DNA from: a virus
Length of the DNA: 64,000 nt
Virus record (IMG/VR): IMGVR_UViG_3300035696_000024
Location: 1 to 64,000 of that record
Direction: 5' to 3' (one strand)
This document shows positions 54,789 to 63,286 of this stretch, one piece after another; position 1 is the first letter of the stretch; each line of letters starts with the position of its first letter. The notes under the pieces are model-generated. The model did not search any database. It was given only the letters and a program-made list of their open reading frames with translations, and was not told where the DNA came from. Position numbers and translations under genes: made by a program.

Positions 54789-55877
54789 TTATAATTTACC
54801 AGTAACTAATAATGCTTTTTCTATAGTATCATCCATGTCATAGTATTTGTATTCTGCTAAACGACCACCGAATATAACATTTTTTTGTGAATTACACAAG
54901 TTTTTATAATCACATAATATCTTTTCATTTTTGTTATTATTAATTGGATAATAAGGGTCTTTTGTGATATTCCATTCTTCCGGATATTCTTTGGTAATTA
55001 TTGTGTGTGGTTGATTACCAAATTCAAAGTGCTTGTGTTCTATTATCCTTGTATAAGGAATAGATGATTCCGTAAAATTTACTGATGCAACTCCTTGATA
55101 ATCTTCACACTTTAGAAATTCTTTTTCAAACCTCAAAGTGAGATATTCCAAGTTACCGCATTGATAATCATAAAATTCATCAATGGGACCTGTGTATATG
55201 ATTGTTTTTGCTAAAGAATTGAAATATTTTCGGTCATTGAAATAATTTACCCCCAATTTGACTTCTATTCCATTCAATAGATTTGTAAAGATGTTTGTGT
55301 AGCTACCTATGGGAATTCCCTGATATTTATCAAAAAAGTAATTGTCATCAAAGGTCAATCTTACAGGGATTCGTTTAATGATGGATGATGGCAATTCTTT
55401 CGGGTCTTTTCTCCATTGTTTTGTTGTATATCCTTTTATGAAAATTTCATAAAGTTCCTTACCAACAACCGACAGAATATATTCTTCCAAATTTTGTGGA
55501 TTGTCGTTTTTTATTCTAACTGATGCAAGTTTTTCTTTTGCTTCGGTTGGTGTTTTTACTCCAAAAACCTGATATAGAGTAAGAAGGTTTATTGGAAAAG
55601 AATAGAGTTTATTTTTGAATGAAACTTTTGGTCGGTAAGTAAAATTGTTAAATGAACAAAATCTGTTCATGTAGTTCCACACTTGTTCATTTGATGTGTG
55701 AAAAATATGAGGCCCATACATATGAACATTTATTCCCTCAATATTTTCAGAATAACAATGTCCACCTATATGATTTTTTTTGTCTATTATCAGACATTTA
55801 TAACCTTTGTCTGTAAGTTCTCTGGCGCATACAGACCCGAAAAGTCCACATCCAACTATTAAGTAATCATAAGCCAT
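54789..55877 (-). CDS. glf: UDP-galactopyranose mutase
   Basis: GCGLFG, HIGGHCY, HMYGPHIFHT, YTTKQW, TRIIEHKHF and GRLAEYKYYDMD. Confidence 0.95.
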   Translation of the reverse strand: MAYDYLIVGCGLFGSVCARELTDKGYKCLIIDKKNHIGGHCYSENIEGINVHMYGPHIFHTSNEQVWNYMNRFCSFNNFTYRPKVSFKNKLYSFPINLLTLYQVFGVKTPTEAKEKLASVRIKNDNPQNLEEYILSVVGKELYEIFIKGYTTKQWRKDPKELPSSIIKRIPVRLTFDDNYFFDKYQGIPIGSYTNIFTNLLNGIEVKLGVNYFNDRKYFNSLAKTIIYTGPIDEFYDYQCGNLEYLTLRFEKEFLKCEDYQGVASVNFTESSIPYTRIIEHKHFEFGNQPHTIITKEYPEEWNITKDPYYPINNNKNEKILCDYKNLCNSQKNVIFGGRLAEYKYYDMDDTIEKALLVTGKL

Positions 55878-55886
55878 AATACATCA

Positions 55887-57110
55887 TTAAATGATTATCG
55901 GTTGTGGAAACATCTTGATAAATTTGCCTTTGTAAACAGGTTTGACAGACTGGATAATGTAATCAGCAAAATTGTGTGCCAGAATTATAACATAGTCAGG
56001 AGGGTCTTTGATAAGTCTGTTTCTGTCAACTATTTGTATTCCAATACCCGGCATAAACTTGTTTTGTTTTGTATCAGTATCATCAACGATGTAATCTATG
56101 GTTTCGTAATTTATTTTGGTGGCGTTTAGAAAAGTGCATCCTTTGGCCGCTGCACCAAATGCTGCAATTCTTTTACCTTCTTTTTTGATGTTTGACAAAA
56201 AGGTTTTACTGTCTGCTATATGGCTCTTTACATTTTTACCCCAATTTTTGTAAAAATTTTCATCAAATTTTGATTCTTCTTTTAGGAAGTTTGATACGGC
56301 TGGATTTGGAGACCTGTTTCTTCCTATTCTACTGATAACTCTAAGACTACCGCCATGAATTGTTTGTTCTGACACGTCAATAATTTCCAATCCATTTTGT
56401 TCAAATAAATCACATAACGGTGCCATCAAATAGTAGTATATGTGTTCATGATATACTTGGTCATATTGGTTGGTTTCCAAATCTTTTCTCCAATATGGAA
56501 ATTCCAGACACCAAATTCCATCTTGTGATAAAGCTCGATGAATTCCTTGAACAAACTCTCTTATATTTTCCGTGTGTTGAAATACATTTGTGGATGTAAT
56601 AACTTTGCATTTATGTGGCAGTGATGCCGCTACACGATAATTCCACATCATGTTCCAAGTTTCAACACCAATTCCTTTGCTAATCTTACCTAGATTTTCT
56701 GAGGGGTCTATGTTAAGAACATTAAACTCACATTTTGATTTTTTAAGAAATGTGTGTAATAACGTTCCATCATTACCGCCTATATCAACCACCCAATCAT
56801 TTTTTCTTATGGATGCAAATTTTGATATGTAATTATACATTTCTTTGCAGTGGTCAATGTATGGTTGACTTGTCCCTGATTTATAGACATAATTGCTGAA
56901 CAATATTTTGGGTTCTATAGCTATGGACAACATCGAAAGCTTGCTATCGGGATAATAGTTCACAACCAAAGGATAATGAGGACATTCCAATGACGCTTTT
57001 TTTGTTTCACTAAGATTGTTTACCAAAGGCATCATTCCAAAATCCAAATACGTTGTATTTTTTTCGGAATAACTGATGGGACATTTGGTTAGTGATTTAT
57101 ACTCTTTCAT
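55887..57110 (-). CDS. NDP-sugar C-methyltransferase (NovU/TcaB9-like)
   Basis: DFGMMPLVN, YVYKSGTS, DIGGNDG, NVFQH, YHEHIYYY, HGGSLR, GAAAKG and ILAHNF. Confidence 0.88.
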   Translation of the reverse strand: MKEYKSLTKCPISYSEKNTTYLDFGMMPLVNNLSETKKASLECPHYPLVVNYYPDSKLSMLSIAIEPKILFSNYVYKSGTSQPYIDHCKEMYNYISKFASIRKNDWVVDIGGNDGTLLHTFLKKSKCEFNVLNIDPSENLGKISKGIGVETWNMMWNYRVAASLPHKCKVITSTNVFQHTENIREFVQGIHRALSQDGIWCLEFPYWRKDLETNQYDQVYHEHIYYYLMAPLCDLFEQNGLEIIDVSEQTIHGGSLRVISRIGRNRSPNPAVSNFLKEESKFDENFYKNWGKNVKSHIADSKTFLSNIKKEGKRIAAFGAAAKGCTFLNATKINYETIDYIVDDTDTKQNKFMPGIGIQIVDRNRLIKDPPDYVIILAHNFADYIIQSVKPVYKGKFIKMFPQPIII

Positions 57111-57114
57111 TGGT

Positions 57115-57714
57115 TTATTTTCTGTATATCATCAACACATCATCATATCTGTCTTTTACTTTTCTAAGGTCTATTACTTCTACGTTGGAATCAAGGCTTT
57201 TCAATATGTGCCCTTCTGTGTCCAATGATTGGACATCTTCTATGATGTAAAGGCCACCTTTTTTTAATTTTGAAAAGTAAATTGGAAACCTCACTGCTTG
57301 ATAATTGACTTCATGACTAGCATCATCCATGACTATATCAAATTCAATGTCGGAATAAAATTTGCTTATTATTGATGGGTCATTTGCATCATAAAATGTA
57401 ACCTTTACATCTTCATCGTATTGTAATACGTCCCTGTTATCTATTCCATATATGTTGGCCTTTTCAAAATATGCTCGCCATAAAGCAAGACTAAATCCAA
57501 AATCTGCTCCTATTTCCAAAAAGTTTATTGGTTCGTTTCTGTAAGGTTCGAACAAGGTTGAATAAGTGTCAATATAACTGTGGGTGGTTCCCTTGTCCGT
57601 AGCATAACCCAAGGCTAGAACTTCATCGTGAATTTGCTTAAGCGTTTTTTCTTTGCTTTGAAGTGGTTTTACCGAAGGCCTGTATGCTTGTTTTCTGATT
57701 ATCCATTCACTCAT
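57115..57714 (-). CDS. class I SAM O-methyltransferase
   Basis: TDKGTTHSY, LEIG, YGID, DIVMDDASH and GGLYIIEDV. Confidence 0.8.
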   Translation of the reverse strand: MSEWIIRKQAYRPSVKPLQSKEKTLKQIHDEVLALGYATDKGTTHSYIDTYSTLFEPYRNEPINFLEIGADFGFSLALWRAYFEKANIYGIDNRDVLQYDEDVKVTFYDANDPSIISKFYSDIEFDIVMDDASHEVNYQAVRFPIYFSKLKKGGLYIIEDVQSLDTEGHILKSLDSNVEVIDLRKVKDRYDDVLMIYRK

Positions 57715-58385
57715 ATCACATGATGTCCTTTGTTGTCGTCAACACTAAACTGTTGGTTGTATCTTAAATTTGTCTGTATTTGCTTTTCTATGGTTTTGTC
57801 ATGATAAAGGGCTATGGTTTCATCAGGAGGGAGAAAAGCATATTCAGTATGACCGGTGATTTTTTCATGTAATTTTCTGTCCCATTTAATTCGGTCTATA
57901 TCTTTTTTGTAAATTCTTCCTTGATAATCCGGCCAATTAACCAGCGGTCTGCTTTCATAATCAGACGACGCGGGAGTTAATTTCCACCCCCATTGTTTTG
58001 CATGTTCCAATGTTACTCCCTTGTAATCATTGATTCTTGGAACATACATCAATTCAATATTCAAATTGGTTGATATTATATCTCTTATATTAAAAATCAA
58101 TGTTTCAGATGGTAATTCATCAGCATCAATTTGAAATATCCAATCGCCAGAACATTTGGAATTACCAAAATTTTTATGTGAACCATAATCGTTATTTAAC
58201 GCATGTTGAAAAATTATTATTTTTCCAGAGGCTTTGCTTAGAATTTTTTTGGTTTCATCGTTATCTGAAAAATCATCAATAACAATAATTTCATCTTCAT
58301 CAAACTTATCGTTTATCAGTCGTTCTAAAAGTTTGATTAAAGTATCAGTTTCATTGTGAACAGTGATTAGATACGAAATTTTCAT
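57711..58385 (-). CDS. glycosyltransferase family 2
   Basis: ITVHNE, IDDFS, WIFQIDADE, NWPDYQGR and LHEKI. Confidence 0.85.
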   Translation of the reverse strand: MKISYLITVHNETDTLIKLLERLINDKFDEDEIIVIDDFSDNDETKKILSKASGKIIIFQHALNNDYGSHKNFGNSKCSGDWIFQIDADELPSETLIFNIRDIISTNLNIELMYVPRINDYKGVTLEHAKQWGWKLTPASSDYESRPLVNWPDYQGRIYKKDIDRIKWDRKLHEKITGHTEYAFLPPDETIALYHDKTIEKQIQTNLRYNQQFSVDDNKGHHVI

Positions 58386-59779
58386 GTCGAACTTGTTGCA
58401 TTATTATTTGAACCTGTTTCTGATGAGCTTGTTTCTGGTAGTGAACTTGTATCTGGCGTTTTGATGGTGGTTCCAAGACCCACTTTGCGTAATTTTGGTA
58501 GAACCAGTTTGGTTTCAGTGGCGAATTTAGGAACGTATTGGTCCAAAAATCCGTGAAACTTTTTGTCCATTGCTTGAATGGAAAATTCCACGACATTTCT
58601 TTGACGAAGTTTTTCTGCTAATTCAAGATGTGGTTTGTAAAAATGAAAACAGTTTTTCATTGATTCCATTGCTTTAAGATAGTTCACAGTAAACCATCCT
58701 GATTCCTTAATCAACCATTCATTTACACAATCTCCCGGAATCTGTTTTACTTCACCATCCAATAATTTACAGAGTTTGGTGTCAAGAAAATCCAAATGAC
58801 CACTCCAGTTGGAAACCAACAGGGGCTTACCACTTAGAGTTGAAAGAAGTAGTGGATGACCGAATCCTTCACCATGAGTAAAAGAAATGTGTGCTTTAAT
58901 CTTTGAATGATTATAAAGAGCATTCATTTCTGATTCTGTTAATTCACCATATAAAATATACACATTTGGAAGGTCAGTCGTCTTTCTTTCCTGTTCAACT
59001 ATGGCTCTGACGGATTTTAATCTGTTAATCATGTCGTGTTTATCCATATTACAGATTGCTGCACCACTTGTTTTGATTATCAAAGCTGGTTTCTTTTTAA
59101 GTCCCATGTTGGAAAATGTTGTAAGAAAACATTTGATTAGATTGCCTATATCTTTTCTATCACTAAATAATCCACCACTGGTCCATTGACCAACAAACAA
59201 AAAACAAAAATCTTCCTTGATAACGGATAGTTCTTCTTCAACTCTTGCTTCAAATGTTTTGTCATTTCCATAAATTGACAAGTCTGCTCCCCAAAACAAC
59301 ACTTCCATTGGTTTCAATGATTTCAACGAAGGTTGTGGTGGTTGATTTGGCTCTTGTTGTTTTTGATAAACTGCTTCCTCAAAAACTTTTTTAGCATGGT
59401 TTGAAGTAACGATGTTAAAGTTCATTCTATTCAATCCTTCAACCCAATCTGGTCTGGCAATGGTTGTTTCTATTCCAGCGGTTACACCAATGTTATATTT
59501 TGCTGGTGGCTGAAATTCATTAGGAATGGAACATTGAATGAACAAATCTGGTTGACGAGTCACAGGTTGTCTTATGATTTTCTTAAATAATTCCTTTTCC
59601 ACGGGGTCGGTCATATCTGATTCCAAATATTTTCGACTGCATCCACCCCAACGAGTAGGAACAATCATCAAGTCATATTTGTCGTATCTTAACAAACTTT
59701 TAGCCAACGCCATTCCCAAATCGCCATAGCCGCTACGAGTCCACATTGGACTCTGAAATATACACAGTGGTTTACTCAT
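58382..59779 (-). CDS. GT-B glycosyltransferase (GT4-like)
   Basis: TRSGYG, FLFVGQW, RKDIG and HGEGFGHPLL..GKP...WSGHLDF. Confidence 0.85.
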   Translation of the reverse strand: MSKPLCIFQSPMWTRSGYGDLGMALAKSLLRYDKYDLMIVPTRWGGCSRKYLESDMTDPVEKELFKKIIRQPVTRQPDLFIQCSIPNEFQPPAKYNIGVTAGIETTIARPDWVEGLNRMNFNIVTSNHAKKVFEEAVYQKQQEPNQPPQPSLKSLKPMEVLFWGADLSIYGNDKTFEARVEEELSVIKEDFCFLFVGQWTSGGLFSDRKDIGNLIKCFLTTFSNMGLKKKPALIIKTSGAAICNMDKHDMINRLKSVRAIVEQERKTTDLPNVYILYGELTESEMNALYNHSKIKAHISFTHGEGFGHPLLLSTLSGKPLLVSNWSGHLDFLDTKLCKLLDGEVKQIPGDCVNEWLIKESGWFTVNYLKAMESMKNCFHFYKPHLELAEKLRQRNVVEFSIQAMDKKFHGFLDQYVPKFATETKLVLPKLRKVGLGTTIKTPDTSSLPETSSSETGSNNNATSST

Positions 59780-59780
59780 A

Positions 59781-60461
59781 TTATGATATTCGTTTCTCTC
59801 TTTCTCTTACCATCGTTTCATATTTTGGTGGAGTTGGGCTTTCCGATGCTCCTGTTTTCTTCCATTTTTCAACTATATTACTGTTTTCTTTCGGTGATTC
59901 GCTTTTTTTTTCTGTAATGGTTGATGTTGTGCTGCCGAATCCACCTGTTCCTCTGACCGTAGTGGTTAAATCTGCAACTACAATCCAATCTACGTGATTT
60001 GTAACTTCTGATACAAGTTGCCCAATTTTATCGCCTTTCTTGTAGATTTTTTCCATGTTGATTTGACCTCTTAATGTTTTTCTCCCCGTAGTGTCATCAA
60101 GTGGAACAACACAAGGAAACATGTCGTCAGGTTGCCATATGTATTTAAAACACAAAATTAATTCACCCCTGTAATCATTGTCAATCAGTCCTATGCTGTT
60201 TGCTAAAACCAAATTATATTTTCTCACACTTGAACGGGGAAAAATAAGAGTGTGATAATCGTGGTAGTAATGGTCTGCTTGTGGAGCAATAAATAATCCC
60301 GTTTTATATTCGATGTAATCTATTGATTTCCAAATATTTATCCCGTCCTGTTCTCCGACAATTTTTGGGTCTTCCAATGCTACAACATCATATCCAGAGG
60401 ATTGTGGAGTAGCGGCTTGTGGTATGATTAAATCTTTTGAGTCTTTAACGTGTATTTTCAT
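59781..60461 (-). CDS. dut: trimeric dUTPase
   Basis: SSGYD, PRSS, GLIDNDYRGEL, IGQLV and RGTGGFGST. Confidence 0.92.
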   Translation of the reverse strand: MKIHVKDSKDLIIPQAATPQSSGYDVVALEDPKIVGEQDGINIWKSIDYIEYKTGLFIAPQADHYYHDYHTLIFPRSSVRKYNLVLANSIGLIDNDYRGELILCFKYIWQPDDMFPCVVPLDDTTGRKTLRGQINMEKIYKKGDKIGQLVSEVTNHVDWIVVADLTTTVRGTGGFGSTTSTITEKKSESPKENSNIVEKWKKTGASESPTPPKYETMVREREKRIS

Positions 60462-60468
60462 GTAACCA

Positions 60469-60496
60469 ATTATATCGCAACTATCAAATTATTCAA
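60469..60496 (-). promoter_or_regulatory. sigma70-type promoter, probably leaderless
   Basis: Minus strand TTGAAT-16nt-TATAAT ending 7 nt before the dUTPase ATG. Confidence 0.6.
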
Positions 60497-60500
60497 CTTA

Positions 60501-60974
60501 TTATAGTTGTTCTACCAACACTTCGTATTTAAATCCACACAATTTATATCTTATGACATCATACCATTTCGGTATTTCAAGCAAATCAACGCTCACACCT
60601 TCTTTTATTGTCAATCTGGCTACTGCTGGAGAGGTTTTTATTCCTGCTAACAACCGAAGCCTGTTTTTAAAGTTGGTTCTTTCATTAATTTTTTTCCTAT
60701 CAAATGAAGGAGATAAACTTTGATAAAATGATGGTTGTGTGTTTTCTGATTCTGCACTACCACTAACAGAATTGTCACCACTTGCCAATTCATCAATCAT
60801 TTCATCCAAATCTCCTGTAGTAACCCCTTCTTCTGCCACTTTTTTGATTATTGTTACATTACGTTCAGGAAATGCTTCTTCAAGTGCTGCTTTAGCTTTG
60901 TTTAATGCGTCTTCTCTTTGTTGTTTTGCTTCCGTTATACAAGACTCCATTAATTTTCGTTCTCTGTCATTCAT
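60501..60974 (-). CDS. hypothetical protein resembling the N-terminus of prohead scaffold proteins
   Basis: KLMESCITEAKQQREDALNKAKAALEEAF and DLDEMIDELA. Confidence 0.5.
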   Translation of the reverse strand: MNDRERKLMESCITEAKQQREDALNKAKAALEEAFPERNVTIIKKVAEEGVTTGDLDEMIDELASGDNSVSGSAESENTQPSFYQSLSPSFDRKKINERTNFKNRLRLLAGIKTSPAVARLTIKEGVSVDLLEIPKWYDVIRYKLCGFKYEVLVEQL

Positions 60975-62455
60975 ACCGATATTGTATTAAGTTGTTGTTT
61001 GAGTTTTTCTTGGTCAATCTTTGGAATTTCAAATCCCATTCCACCCGGCATCAAATTACCAACATAATCTTTTTCGGTAAATATACTGAAAGGTTTTACA
61101 GGTTGAAAATTATCCAATGTGTAGTCCATACATTTGATGAATTCATTACACATATTTTCAGAATTGATTCCACCGGTACCCATTGCCCATTCTCTTCCCT
61201 TTATTCCGCATTGTTCTCGTTTTGCTGACCCCATTAAATACCAATACATCATTCCTTCAGCAGCATCTTCCCATCGTGTCATATCGTCAAAAATATATGG
61301 CGTTGGTATGCTTCCTTGGATGCATTGAACAAGAGGATATACAGGATAGGCCCATATACCATGTTTTTTGTATTTGCCCACATTATTTGAACCAAAGTGT
61401 AAATCAAACTCAATAGGCGAACCATCATCTTTTGTTTGGCCAATCTGGTCCTGTAATCCACCTGTTACGGCTACAATGATTGGTGTGCCTGCCATCAACG
61501 ATTCAGCCGTTGAAAGACCGAATCCTTCATTTGATGATAGGTTGATGGTAATATCAGCAATATTATACAACACATTCAAATCTTCTGGCGTATATTTTGC
61601 CGTGGAGAATACAACATCATAATTTGGACAAAACGCTTCTTTAACAGCCATCAAGTCTGTTCCAGCATCTTGACGAACTTCGGTGTGTAATACCAGCACA
61701 CATTTTTCCGCCTCTTCTTTTGTAAGATTGTCACAAAACGCTTTGTAGGCCAACATAATGTTGCTTGTTCTCTTTCTCTGAACATTGCGTGAATTGTAAA
61801 AGATTACAAAGTCATAATTTTTGTTGTTGAAAATTTGTCTTTTTTTCTCTTTAAGGGCTTTGTCATCATCTGGAATGGGATGAAATATTTTACTATTTAT
61901 ACCATGTGGGACATAGTGCAATACGGTTTTATTGTCGGTGTCTTTTGAATCAATAGTGGAAACCTTATCAGGCCCCAACACCCACTTGTTGATATTATAG
62001 GTCTGTTTGCTTATTGACATCAATAAATCACATGATTCATAATATGGTCTGTTATACATTGGATATGGAACATCATCCCAAATGTTCAAATAAGTAAGAG
62101 GTATTTTGGACCTTACTTGTCTTTCTATTGCGTAAAGCCAACCCCAGAAACGCGGGTCGGTAAAGTGCATCAATGCATCAGGTTTTTCTCTTTCAATAAT
62201 ATTAAATAGTAATTCCTCATTACCATAACCATCAACCGGATAAAGAGTGACATGCGCATCTTTAACACCAGTCATTTGTGTAGTTGCTGCATCCATGTTT
62301 ATTACTTTACCTTTGTCAGGGTGTTGAATGGCGCCAGCAATTTGAACCCAATCATAAGCCCTAACCGTTCCTAAAACGAGTTCCCGGCTCATTGTGGCAA
62401 CGCCACTGTGCATCCTTAAATCGTCTGATAACAATAGAATTTTTCTTTTACTCAT
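60971..62455 (-). CDS. GT-B glycosyltransferase (GT4-like)
   Basis: ILLLSDDLRMHSGVA, YVPHGI, RNVQRK and SNEGFGLSTAESLMAGTPII..TGGLQDQ. Confidence 0.88.
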   Translation of the reverse strand: MSKRKILLLSDDLRMHSGVATMSRELVLGTVRAYDWVQIAGAIQHPDKGKVINMDAATTQMTGVKDAHVTLYPVDGYGNEELLFNIIEREKPDALMHFTDPRFWGWLYAIERQVRSKIPLTYLNIWDDVPYPMYNRPYYESCDLLMSISKQTYNINKWVLGPDKVSTIDSKDTDNKTVLHYVPHGINSKIFHPIPDDDKALKEKKRQIFNNKNYDFVIFYNSRNVQRKRTSNIMLAYKAFCDNLTKEEAEKCVLVLHTEVRQDAGTDLMAVKEAFCPNYDVVFSTAKYTPEDLNVLYNIADITINLSSNEGFGLSTAESLMAGTPIIVAVTGGLQDQIGQTKDDGSPIEFDLHFGSNNVGKYKKHGIWAYPVYPLVQCIQGSIPTPYIFDDMTRWEDAAEGMMYWYLMGSAKREQCGIKGREWAMGTGGINSENMCNEFIKCMDYTLDNFQPVKPFSIFTEKDYVGNLMPGGMGFEIPKIDQEKLKQQLNTISV

Positions 62456-62466
62456 AATGGGTAATT

Positions 62467-62685
62467 TTAAGAACCGAATGAGCCCGTTGTATCACTTAGA
62501 ACTGGAACAATAAAATTGTTTACAAGAGTTCTAAATGATGAACTTGCAGAAGTGTCGCCCACGTAAAGATGAACGCATTTATCAACGAATGTTTGAAGAG
62601 TAAGATTGTTTTGAATACCTAATATCTTAAAATTATCATACAGGCTTTTTTCAATCTTAACCGTAGTAGCTGTTTTTGTTTTCAT
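62467..62685 (-). CDS. putative ribbon-helix-helix regulator
   Basis: TTVKIEKSLYDNFK.....LTLQTFVDKCVHLY beta-alpha-alpha pattern. Confidence 0.6.
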   Translation of the reverse strand: MKTKTATTVKIEKSLYDNFKILGIQNNLTLQTFVDKCVHLYVGDTSASSSFRTLVNNFIVPVLSDTTGSFGS

Positions 62686-62721
62686 ATGTATGTAAACGTT
62701 TTAACGTTTGACTATACATAT
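62684..62721. promoter_or_regulatory. imperfect palindrome (candidate operator) overlapping a late-promoter-like TATGTATA
   Basis: ATATGTA-TGT-AAACGTT-TT-AACGTTT-GACTA-TACATAT. Confidence 0.5.
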
Positions 62722-62740
62722 TGGCGGTTTATGAAAGTAG

Positions 62741-63286
62741 TTATTTTATTTTCTTAGGATAGGGTCTGTGTGGTAATTTATTTCTGAGAGCTTTTAAATT
62801 GCCACGAAGAATATAAGCATATTTGTGAAATCCTTGTTTGGTTTTACCAAGATAAATTGCGTTGGTTGCTTGATAAACTGTTCCAATGTGCCCGGCTTTC
62901 TCATTAGCATTAGTTACCACCACTTTTACATTGGGTTCATCCTGTTTTAACATTCTTAATGTCTGCGCAATAACATAAGATTCCAAATTAGGAATACCAA
63001 CGTCGGCAATATACAATCTTTTCAAATCCAATACTTCTTTTGAGATTGCTTCCGGATTTAGAAATTTTGAAATGGAAGGCATGGCAGACCCGTATATAGC
63101 CATTCCAATTACCATATTTCCCTGATGTGGGCGTTTGTATCTTACAACATATACTCTTTTAATGTGAGATGGAAGGGAACGCAAATAATGTTTTTTCGCA
63201 AGTTGTATTATTGCTTCTTTTGTGGCAGGAATAACTTCTATTTCATCCTGCAATCTCTCAATAATTATTTGTTTTTTAACTCCCAT
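62741..63286 (-). CDS. second Mom-family GNAT-fold protein
   Basis: KKHYLRS, IGMAIYG, LDLKRLYI, PNLESYVIAQTL, VVTNANEKAGHIGTVYQATNAIYLG and HKYAYIL. Confidence 0.75.
   Translation of the reverse strand: MGVKKQIIIERLQDEIEVIPATKEAIIQLAKKHYLRSLPSHIKRVYVVRYKRPHQGNMVIGMAIYGSAMPSISKFLNPEAISKEVLDLKRLYIADVGIPNLESYVIAQTLRMLKQDEPNVKVVVTNANEKAGHIGTVYQATNAIYLGKTKQGFHKYAYILRGNLKALRNKLPHRPYPKKIK

Noticed and set aside
39821-62455. Bacterial O-antigen/capsule locus (host contamination or chimera)
   Set aside because: It lacks Wzx/Wzy/Wzz or ABC export genes, is interleaved with phage-type dUTPase, endonuclease and Mom genes, and shows the same promoter motifs and GATC/CCWGG avoidance as the phage arm.
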